From Octopus sinensis (taxonomy: Eukaryota): 64,000 bases of DNA. The notes under the pieces are model-generated. The model ran no database searches and was not told the origin of the DNA. It saw only the letters and a program-made list of their open reading frames with translations. The stretch spans positions 37,448,001-37,512,000 of the forward strand of contig NC_043006.1 in NCBI RefSeq assembly GCF_006345805.1. The letters are read 5' to 3'. Of the stretch, positions 53,544-64,000 are shown one piece after another (positions within the stretch are counted from its first letter, which is position 1; each line of letters begins with the position of its first letter). Made by a program: the position numbers and the translations under genes.

Positions 53544-53663
53544 TCATACGGTCATATCACGTTGAAAGCACCGGTTCTCGTCCGATCAGCGAAGTTAAGC
53601 AACGTCAAGCCCACTTAGTACTTAGATGGGTGACCCCTTGGGAAACCTAGGTGCTGTAAGTAT
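53544..53663 (+). rRNA. 5S rRNA pseudogene, full length, solitary
   Basis: CATATCACGTTGAAAGCACCGGTTCTCGTCCGATCAGCGAAGTTAAGCAACGTC...TTAGTACTTAGATGGGTGACC...GGTGCTGTAAG; the helix IV/V region appears disrupted. Confidence 0.92.
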
Positions 53664-54295
53664 TCCATTACTTTCTCTTTAGGGCAACGAGCTGGCAGAA
53701 ACGTTAGCACGCCGGGCGAAATGCGTAGCGGCATTTCGTCTGCGGTTACGTTCTAAGTTCAAATTCCGCCGAGGTCGACTTTGCCTTTCATCCTTTCGGG
53801 GTCGATAAATTTAGTACCAGTTACGCACTGGAGTCGATATAATCGTCTTAATCCCTTTGTCTGTCCTTGTTTGTCCCCTCTGTGTTTAGCCCCTTGTGGG
53901 TAGTAAAGAAATAATATATTTTAAATGTTCTACTAGTTTTAGTCATTAGACTGCGGCCATACTGGGGTACCGCCTTAAAGAATTTCAGTCGAACGAGCCG
54001 AACCTAGGGCTTCTTTTTTGTAAGCCTAGTACTTACTCCATCTTCTCTTTTGTCGAATCGCTAACTCAAATGGACGTAAACACACCAGCACCGGTTGCTA
54101 ACACGCACACACGTTTGCGACATGTGTCTTATATAATATATGTACATGCCATATTTTTTTTTTCTTTAGTTTCAGCTCAGAGCTGCGGCGATGCTGATGC
54201 ACCGCCGTTATATAGAATATAGTTTTTCATATATGCATTTATATATATATATCACCTATCTGCCTGTCTATCTATCTATTTCTATTTATTTATCC

Positions 54296-54356
<61 letters not shown>

Positions 54357-54446
54357 CTATCTATCAATATATCTATCTGTCTGTCTATCTATCTATCTAT
54401 CTATCTGTCCACATATCTATCTATCTACCTATTTATTTATCCATCC

Positions 54447-54503
<57 letters not shown>

Positions 54504-54530
54504 CTATCTATCAATATATCTATCTGTCTG

Positions 54531-54562
<32 letters not shown>

Positions 54563-54648
54563 CTATCTATCAATATATCTATCTGTCTGTCTATCTATCT
54601 ATCTATCTGTCCACATATCTATCTATCTACCTATTTATTTATCCATCC

Positions 54649-54732
<84 letters not shown>

Positions 54733-55507
54733 GTGTGTCTGTCTTTCTGTTTGTCTATCTATCTATCTTTCTTTCTCTCTCTCCCCCCTCTCTCTCTCTT
54801 TATATATATTTATTTATATATATACACACGCGTATGTATGTGTGTATGCATATATGTATATACGTATAAATATATCATGTGTGTGCATGTGTGTGCGTGT
54901 GTGAGCGTGTGTGTTTGTGTGCGATGAATTATTGTGTACTTATGGTGTTTAGAATTGTCACGGTGGATGCAACCATTGTCGAGTGGTTATGAAGTTCATT
55001 TTACTATCAGGAAGTTCGGAATTCGGTTTCATCACTGGCATCTTGGACAAGTTTCTTTTTACATAGACTCGAGTCGCAGAGCTGACGGAGATTGGTAGCT
55101 TGTGTCTGGTGGTGGTGGTGGTGGTGATGATAATGGCGGCGACGGCGGTAGTGGTGATGGAAAAGGACGTGGTTGTTGTGGTGTTTGCAGTGGTGGTGTG
55201 AAATTACTGGTGCGGGTACAGTGGTAGCCTCGGTAGCAGAGGTGGTGACTGGCTGTAATAAAAGCTGCTTATGTTATTGTCGTTGGTGTTGTTAAAGACT
55301 GGCATTGTAAAAAACCGGTTCTCCGTCGGTTACGACGACGAGAGTACCAGTTGATCCGATCAACGGAACAGCCTGCTCTTGAAATTAACGTGCAAGTGGC
55401 TGAGCACCCCACAGACACGCGTACTCCTAACGCAGTTCTCGGGGAGATTCAGCGTGACACAGAGTGTGACAAGGCTGGCCTTTTGAAATACAGGTACTAC
55501 TCATTAT

Positions 55508-55896
55508 CCTTTTCTACGCTAGGCACAAGGCCTGAAATTTTGTGTGAGAGGCCAGTCGATTAGATCAACTCCAGTACGCAACTGGTACTTAATTTATCGG
55601 CCTCCGAATGGATGGAAGGTAAAGTCGACCTTGGCGGAATTTGAATTCAGAACTTAAAGACAGACGAAATACCTATTTATTTACTACCCCAAGGAGCTAA
55701 ACACAGAGAGGACAAACAAGGACAGACAAACGGATTATATCGACCCCAGTGCGTAACTGGTACTTAATTTATCGACCCCGAAAGGATGAATGGCAAAGTC
55801 GACCTCGGCGGAATTTTAACTCAGAACGTAACGGTAGACGAAATACCGCTAAGCATTTCGCCCGGCGCGCTAACGTTTCTGTCAGCTCACCGCCTT
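55508..55896 (-). mobile_element. Family A SINE dimer inserted into a family D SINE with a 15-bp TSD
   Basis: GGTACTACTCATTAT at 55493-55507 and 55897-55911; the family D sequence resumes after the second copy. Confidence 0.92.
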
Positions 55897-58800
55897 GGTA
55901 CTACTCATTATTGGCAGCTGAGTGAACTGGAGCAACACTAAAAGAAGTGTCTTTCTCAAGGATACAACACAGCCCGGTCCGGGAATCGAACTCACAACCT
56001 AACGATCGTGAGTTGAATGCAGTAACCACAAAGTAACGTGCCTGACATCGTAAACTTATGATCAAAGTATTCCATTCCTTCAATGACCCTCCGTCCCATT
56101 GTTCTGGTAAAATGTATCCATGGCTATATTACATGACATATCCTTCATTTCTGAAGGCAGTAGTGTAGAGTTTCAGAGATATTTAGTCGCTATTTCTAGT
56201 CGTTTTGTTTTTGTGACTCTTGTGTCATCTTTTATCATTGATCCCTTATGTGTTTCAATCATTGGAGTGTGGTCAAACTGGGGCACCAACTCGAACAAAT
56301 CAATACTAATACTGACATTATTTTTCAAGTCTAGTACTTATTCTCTCAGTCTCTTTTGCCGAGTAAGGGACGTAAACAAACCAACACCAGCTGTCAAGTG
56401 GTGATTGGAGGGGGATGGACGCTCAAACACAAACATAAACACATAGATATACGTTCACACGAATATACATATGAAGGCTTCCGTACAGTTTCCGTTTACA
56501 CAGTTTCCTTCACAAAGGCATTGGTCGGCTCTGAGCTGCAGTAGAAGACAACTTGCCCAAAGTGCCGTGCAGTGAGACTGAACCCGAAGCCATATAGCTG
56601 CAAAGCGTGCTTCTCAACCACATCCACCCCATGCCTGCCCTGGTTACTGACGTTTTCAGAAAAGCGCTAATGGATGCAATAAGTGCTGCTTGAAGAAGTC
56701 AACAGTTTTGGCGCTAGATTTCTCGGACAGTTAATGTAATGTTGACGAAGGTGTGAAGAGGTTTTTAATGACATCGGTGAATGAGGAGGGGTTTACTCTG
56801 TCTATTGGAACCACCCACCCTCCCACCCTCACTCATAAGGAATGTTGCGCAAAGGCACAGGCGTGGCTGTGTGGTAAGAAGCTTGCTTCCTAACTACGTG
56901 GTTCTGGGTTCAGTCCCACTGTATGGCAAGTGTCTTCTACCATAGCCTCAGGCCGACGTTTTTGAGTAGATTTGGTTGACGGAAACTGAAAGAAACCCAT
57001 CATATATGTGCGTGTGCATGTGTATGTGTGAGTTTATGATTTTGTGTTTGTCTTTGTCCTCCACCATTGTTTGACAACCGGTATTGGTGTGTTTACATCC
57101 CCCGTAACTTAGTGGTTCGACAAAACGGACCTATGAAATATTATCTATACAAGATAATAGTAATATAGTAGAAGACATTTTCCCAAGGTGTCACAGTGGG
57201 ACTGAACTGGAATCCATGTGGCTGGGAGGCAAAATTCCTACCACACAGCTACACTTGAGCCTATTTGTGTCCCGTTCACAAAATGTCAGAATGTGATTTA
57301 AACAATATTTGACTGCTATTTCTAAAAGATCGAGCTATAACGTTAATGCTCCCGAGATGGCTCCCATGCTGTTGGTATCACGTAGCTATTATATTCTTTG
57401 CGGCTTATGGCGATTTGATTCAATGAAACTGGATTTCTAGAGAAGGCTACCATAATCCATCGATAGCTGAAATATATTCTTTATGCACCAGTGCAGTTGC
57501 ATTTTCTTCTCGCTCGAAATCTTACTAACGGCGAGTTAATTATGTCTACTGCTGTGAATTTTGTAACGATGTAATCTGTGTAACGGTTTGGTGTAAGCTG
57601 TATCGGATGTCACCAATTGTAATGGTTGTAAGTGGTATGAAGAGAGGCCAGCAAGTAATGGCATTACTGGTTTAGGTATGACGTTGGTTGGAAGCTGCAT
57701 ATAACTAGCTGTATTTGAAGAAATATTACGGAAAGACTGGTAATTTCAGAATTCTTGAAATAAATTGACTGAAGAAACAGTTCATACTTAACATAGTAGA
57801 TGTCGGTGGCGTAACAGTTAGTATGCTTGCCTTCGACTCCCTACCAACGCATCCCTTATAAATTTTCATAGGCACAGGGGAGGCTGTGTGGTAGGAAGTT
57901 TCTTTCTCAACCACATGGTTCCGGGTTCAGTCCCATTGCGCGGTACTTTATGCAAGTGTCTTCTACTATAGCCTCAGGCCGACCAAAGCCTTGTGAGTGG
58001 ACAGGGTAGACGGAAATTAAAAGAAACCCGACGTATATGCGCGTGTGCATAAGTGTGTACGTGTGTGTCTTTGTTTGTCCTACATCACCACTTGTCAACC
58101 AGCGTTGGTGTGTTTAGGTCACCGTAACATGGTGGTTCAGCAACAGAGACCGATGGAATAAGCGCCATAACAAATAAGTACTGGTGTTGACTCGTTCGAA
58201 AAACATCTCTTGAAGTCAGTACCCCAGCATGGCCGCAGTCTAATGACCAAAAGAATTAAAATTTAAAAGATAGACTTTATGTAACTTTTTTTTTGCCCGT
58301 TTCAAGTCTAGCCAGGCTCATGGGTCCGATTTCCCGGTTTCTGTGGCGTATGTGTCCCCCCCCCCCATCTGGACGGGACGCAGTCCATCGCAGCGTTCCT
58401 CAAGAAACAGGAAGAGAGAGTGAGAGAAAGATGTGGCGAAAGAGTACAACAGGGGTCGGCACCACCCCCTACCGGAACCTCGTGGAGCTTTTAGGTGTTT
58501 TCGCTCAATAAACACACACAACGTCCGGTCTGGGAATCGAAACCGCGATCCTCCGACCGCGAGTTCGCTGCCCTAACCACTGGGCCATTGCGCTTCCTCT
58601 TTAACTTTTACCAAGTTAAATCACAACTTCTACGATTTGGAGAAGTAAATTACAAACTCTGGTCTCTTAGAGAATCTCTGGCTGCTACTACTGCTGTTGT
58701 TGTTGTTGTTGTTTTTGTTGTTGTAGAAGGCTTAGAACTAAGAGACGTGAAAAGAAGCAGATCGTAATAATCCTTTCTCCCGCCGTGGGAACATTGACAT

Positions 58801-59237
58801 TGTGTGACATTTTGCGGGGATGAGGTTGGGGTGGTAGTCGATTATATCGACCCCAGTGTTCGGTTTGTACTTATTTTAAAGACCCCCGAAAGGATGAAAG
58901 ACAAAGGTGACCTCAGCGGTACCTGGACTCAGAACGCAAAGTCGAGAGAACTGAAGCTAACAAATTTTTTTCCATCGCGCTAACGATTCTGCGAGTTTGC
59001 TGCCTTAAGGCAGATTCTAAAAGTGCTCGGGAGAGATTTTTCCATTGATAACAAGTTGGTTGGCATCGGTAATTGGTTGAAGGAAAAGTGGGGAGGGAGG
59101 GGAAGGAAACCGGGGAGACAGAAAGAAAAGAGAGAGGAGAAAGAGAAAGGAATTGAGAGAGAAGGTACCTCTTTGACTGACATCGAGTAAAGAGAAAATT
59201 TGGTTTCAGGATCTTAATATCTATATCAGTCCCTTAA

Positions 59238-59710
59238 GGCGGCGAGCTGGCAGAATCGTTAGCACGCTGGGCGAAATGCGTAGCGATATTTCAGCTGTCT
59301 TTATGTTCTGGGTTCAAATTTCGCCGAGGTCGACTTTGTCTTTCATCCTTTCGGGGTCGATAAATTAAGAATCAGTTGTGTACTGGGGTTGATTTAATTG
59401 ACTGGCCCCCTCCTCAAAACTTTCGGGCTTTGTTCCTAGAGTAGAAAAGAATATTTATATCAGTCCTTTAAGGCGGCAGGCGGGCAGAAACTTTACCACG
59501 CTGGGCAAAATGCTTAGCGGTATTTCGTGGGTAGTAAAGAAATGTGGGTAGTAATGAAATAGCTAAGTTTCAAGTTCAAATTTCGCCGACGCTGACCTTA
59601 CCTTTCATCTTTTCGGGGCACAATAAAATACGTGCCACTGAGTACTGGGGTTGATGTAATCGGCTTACCCTTCTCCTGAAATTGCTGGCCTTGTACCAAA
59701 AGTCGAAATC
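59238..59710 (+). mobile_element. Two head-to-tail family A SINEs bracketed by three copies of one 16-bp site
   Basis: ATATYTATAYCAGTCC at 59217, 59451 and 59712. Confidence 0.85.
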
Positions 59711-59774
59711 TATATTTATACCAGTCCTGGAGCTAGTAGTAGGTCACTACAACAACGGGAATGGGGTGACTTAC

Positions 59775-59833
59775 GTAGATTGAATTGAGTTTGACCTAAG
59801 ATGGTGAGGAATTTGACAACTAAGTCACAAATT
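59775..59833 (-). CDS. Candidate 59-nt internal exon (ICDLVVKFLTILGQTQFNL)
   Basis: Long pyrimidine tract CTTCTCCCCCTTGTTTTCTTCGTTTCAATTCAG acceptor, TAC/GTAAGT donor, one open frame; protein not recognised. Confidence 0.5.
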
Positions 59834-60466
59834 CTGAATTGAAACGAAGAAAACAAGGGGGAGAAGCATGCAGAATCAATCCGACCGGGTTTTCAACTCT
59901 GTCTTGTGATCACAATGGCAATTCGCTACGGAGTTAATTCGTTGTTTTTTGACATTTATATGCGAGTGCAATGTTTATGCTGTTGAGAGTAATGTTATTA
60001 AATAGTATTGTTTAAATAGGCGCATGCGTTATTGTGTGGTAAGAAGCGTACTTCCAGACCACATGGTTCCGGGTTCAAGTCCCACTGCGTCACATCTTCA
60101 GCGAGTGTCTTCTACTATAATCTCCGAGTGACCAAAGCTTTGTGAGTAGTTTGGGAAGACGGAGTCCGAAAGAAGCCCGTCGTATATATGTGTGTCTGAG
60201 AGAGAGAGAGAGAGAGAGAGAAATGGAGAGAGGGAGAGAGAGAGAAAGAGAGAGGGGGAGAGAGAGAGAAAGAGAGAGGGGGAGAGAGAGAGGAGGCAAG
60301 GCCTAGTGTTAAGGGTGTGGATCACGCGACCCCTTGAACAGAGTGGTGCGTTGTGCTCTTGAGCAAAACACTTCATCTCACAGTGCATCGGTTCAGGCAA
60401 CGTCGATTTGATGGAAGGAGGGAGCTAATGTGCGGCACAAGCATTTGATCAGAAACATTTGATTAC

Positions 60467-61070
60467 AGGCGGCGAGCTGGCAGAAACGTTAGCACGCTGG
60501 GCGAAATGCTTAGCGGTATTTCGTCTGCCGCTACGTTCTGAGTTCAATTTCTGCCGAGGTCGACTTTGCCTTTCAACCTTTCGGGGTCGATTAAATAAGT
60601 ACCAGTTACGCACTAAGTTCATATAATCGTCTTAATCCGTTTGTCTGTCCTTGTTTGTCCCCTCTGTGTTTAGCCCCTTGTGGGTAGTAAAGAAATAGCT
60701 ATTTCGTCTGCCGTTACGTTCTGAGTTCAAATTCCACCGAGGTCGACTTTGCCTTTCATCCTTTCGGGGTCGATTAAATAAGTACTAGTTACGCACTGGG
60801 GTCGATATAATCGACTTAATCCATTTGTCTGTCCTTGTTTGTCCTCTCTGTGTTTAGCCCCTTGTGGGTAGTAAAGAAATAGGTATTTCGTCTGCCTCTT
60901 CGTTCTGAGTTCAAATTCCACCGAGGCCGACTTTGCTTTTCATTCTTTCGGGGTCGATAAATTAAGTACCAGTTACGCTGGGGTCGATATAATTGACTTA
61001 ATCCCTTTGTCTGTCCTTGGTTCTCCCCTCTACGTTTAGCCCCTTGTGAGCAATAAAGAAGTAACAAACA
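60467..61070 (+). mobile_element. SINE family A trimer
   Basis: One head plus two further units joined at AAAGAAATAG(G/C)TATTTCGTCTGCC. Confidence 0.92.
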
Positions 61071-62289
61071 TTTGATCACTATTAATTCCAGCATGGCCGC
61101 AGCCCAATGACTGAAACGAGTAAAACGATAAAAGATGCCCCCTCCCCTCAAATTACACAGGATGGAAGACACGGCGTGTATAGAAATAAGACATCTCAAA
61201 TTAAATGTCCGATCATAACTAGAATGTTTTTGACCACTAAACGACCGAATTAGGAAAGATATTTATAATTATAATTATCTAATGATTAATACTGAAAATA
61301 GATACATTTGTTAATTAATTTGTTGCACAATCTAAGTATTGTTTGTTATATTTGGTCTGAACACGACTGATACAAATCGCCTAGTACAAGCGCAGGTGTG
61401 GCTGGGTGGTAAGAAGTTTGCTTGCCAACCACATGGCTCCTGGTTCAGTCCCATTGCGTGGCACTTTGGGCAAGTGTCTTCTCCTATAGTCTCGTGTCGA
61501 CAAAAGCCTTGTGAGTGGATTTGGTGGAAGGAAACTGAAAGAAGTTCATACCATGTGTGCACGTGCGTGTGTGTGTGTGTGTATGTGTGCGCGCGCGAGT
61601 TTTACTCCACCACCGCTTGACGTACCAACACGGCAGTGTTGGTATGTTTAAGACTCCGTAATTTAGCGCTTCGGTAAATAAATACCAAGCTTGGAAACTA
61701 TTAAGCACTTGAATCGATTTGTTCAACTATAATCCCTCAAGGCGGTGCCCCAGCATGGCCGCAAGCAAATGATTGAAACACGTAAATGCTCAAATGTATC
61801 TTTTGATCCATTTATAAGTAGTTTGGAATACACTAAGGATAAACTAAGACATCCCCTCACACAAAATTTCGGGCCTTGTGCCTAGAGTAGAAAAGTATAT
61901 TTATTATTTCTCGTACAAACTAAGTTGTAGAATTTAGTTAGGATTTTAGTTAAACATCATATAATCCAAATTGCGCGCGCACCCAATAAACCCGCGCACA
62001 CACGCACATTTTATTATTAAGATAGATATATGCTATCGTACATTGACATTATGCAAACTATTGCACACACACACACGCATACACAAACACACTCACGAAG
62101 GTTCGTTCTTTATGTTACTTGTCTTGTTTTCCATTTGTTTCTCTTGTTGTTTACATATTTCATGTTGTTTACTGTACCCATTTATGCATGTGTGTATATA
62201 TATATATATATACTGTTAGTTGGGAGCAGATCTTCGAGAGGGTATGTTCTTATTTTCAGTGTTTCCAAATCCAAACCAAGGAATTTCCG

Positions 62290-62621
62290 AGCCGATGATA
62301 GAAATGTTGTTTTGACTAATCTTGAAACGTACGTTCTCGAATAACCTTAGCATTTGATTTTTCGATGTCATTACCCCAAACTTTTGTGAGTTAAATTATG
62401 CAAACACTATATATGAGAGAGATTTTCTTTAAGTATTAGAAATAGCCTTAAAAAAGTTTTTTAGCTGCTATTTCTAATGAGTTCAGTATGCGGCAAAGTA
62501 ATTTATTTTACTAAGCCCTTTTATATAATGTAATAATTTGAATTCGCCTTGAATGGTCCCTTTGCATACTGAACACTTGGTGAAATTGATTAATAATTAA
62601 TTAATTTTGCCCTCAATTGTT

Positions 62622-62625
<4 letters not shown>
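62290..62625 (+). mobile_element. PLE-type short repeat with degenerate hammerhead (62292-62331)
   Basis: CCGATGA-T-AGA-[loop]-TCT-T-GAAA-CG-TA; the downstream part is the same sequence as the 47 kb palindrome arm. Confidence 0.55.
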
Positions 62626-62673
<48 letters not shown>

Positions 62674-62692
62674 TATATATATATATATAATT

Positions 62693-62727
<35 letters not shown>

Positions 62728-62849
62728 CTACTGATGAACATTAAGATGCGTTAGGCATCAGAATGGAAAAATCATCGGTGATCTATTTCAATCTGCGACC
62801 ATAGGGGGCTTGCCTCTCTTGTCAGCTTATTAGGATAGTGCTTTTTGTG

Positions 62850-63515
62850 GTTATAGAGTCGTTTTGACTCTCATTTCTAGCAATGCTGGTGCTGATGACA
62901 GTAGTCGAGTGTGGGTCTGGAGTCTGTGATCAAGAATTTGATGTGAAAAGATTTCAGCCAACAATGAAACACGACAGCGATTCTGTGATGACCTGGGGAG
63001 CAATTTGGAGCAATGGTTGATCAGAGCTGGTGGAGTGTGCGAGAAATATAAACTCAGATAAATGTGTCCAATCTCCTCCAGTAGTGAATGATAAATAAAG
63101 GCTCTTTATTTATAGAAGATGGTGCTTCTTGTCACTCGGCTAAAATGATACAAGATTTGTTGGATGAGAATGGCATTAAAAAGCTTCCATGATCAAGCCA
63201 GTCACCAGATATGAACCCCATGGAACACTTCTGGGGCATAATGGACAGGACACTTCATAAAAAGAACAAGAAAGCATCTTCAAAGCCAGATGTTTTGAGA
63301 TCACTGCATGAAACTTGGCAAAGAAATTCCGCAAGAGAATATTCGTCATCTGATCAGTAACAGGACTAATAGGGTCCTGGTATTGAAAAATGCAAAGGTC
63401 ATGTCTTCTAAATGTTAAATATTCACATTATAGCAATTAATAAATAATTTGAATGTATAATTTCATATTTAAATACATTTTAATGATTATAAGGGTGTCT
63501 ATTTACTTCCGTCAT
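62850..63515 (+). mobile_element. Tc1 (DD34E-type) transposase pseudogene, 3' half
   Basis: QPTMKHDSDSVMTWGAI, FIEDGASCHSAK, SQSPDMNPMEHFWGIM...ETWQ-EIPQENIRHLI; in-frame stops and frameshifts. Confidence 0.9.
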
Positions 63516-64000
63516 GTCTGTGTCTATACATTATAATATAAATGTACACGTTCATGTGTGTGTAGGAGTGTGTGCTCGTGTAACTGTATTTGTGTATGCT
63601 TATGTCAGTGAAGATAAGTGTACGCCTGTATGTGTATCTGTTTGGGAGAGTAAAAGGGTATCTATTTATCACAAATATAATCTAGAAATAACTGATTGAT
63701 GCAGCCACCAAGCATCACTATCGCTAATCACTACACACGTACAAAGCCACGCCCCAGCATATTGCTAGACACCAATGATAGCATCAACAACCCCATCATC
63801 GCTATCGTTACTATCATCAACAACAACACTTTCCGACCCAAATTGGTAGCCTCTACATCAGTGGTTCGTTCTCAAGTAGGGTCCATACAAGATTTTGTGC
63901 TATAGATTCGTTATGCTGCTGCAATACAAAAAATCTTTTAACAATTCGTTTATGCAATTCCTCCCAAAATTTAATTATAGAAATATAAGATTTTTTAAGC

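Noticed and set aside
62730-62910. Two CTGATGA strings
   Set aside because: No correctly placed GAAA or stem I; they fall in or next to the Tc1 remnant.

Overview
Eukaryotic, very repeat-dense, gene-poor DNA. The SINE families and extreme microsatellite load look like an octopus or related cephalopod genome (inference from pattern recognition). There is a 100-N scaffold gap at 29210-29309. I found no intact protein-coding gene, and most ORFs in the track are translated microsatellites. Recognisable content: (i) dozens of tRNA-derived SINEs of several families; (ii) decayed Tc1/mariner transposases (mariner x4, DD37D maT, DD34E Tc1) and several MITEs; (iii) fragments of CR1-like and RTE LINEs; (iv) a Penelope-like element (PLE) remnant with a GIY-YIG domain; (v) a full-length 5S rRNA pseudogene; (vi) two well-formed small exon candidates on the minus strand, suggesting the window may lie in the introns of a large gene. 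The most striking signal is RNA-level. About a dozen minimal hammerhead-ribozyme motifs from at least six short repeat families are present, several with non-canonical cores (A6U, U3-A8) or placed in inverted repeats. A 621-bp tandem unit carries all hammerhead parts in exact register but in a non-circularly permuted strand order. That motif could fold as a pseudoknotted monomer or assemble only across tandem copies. All structures were read by eye; nothing was folded or searched computationally.
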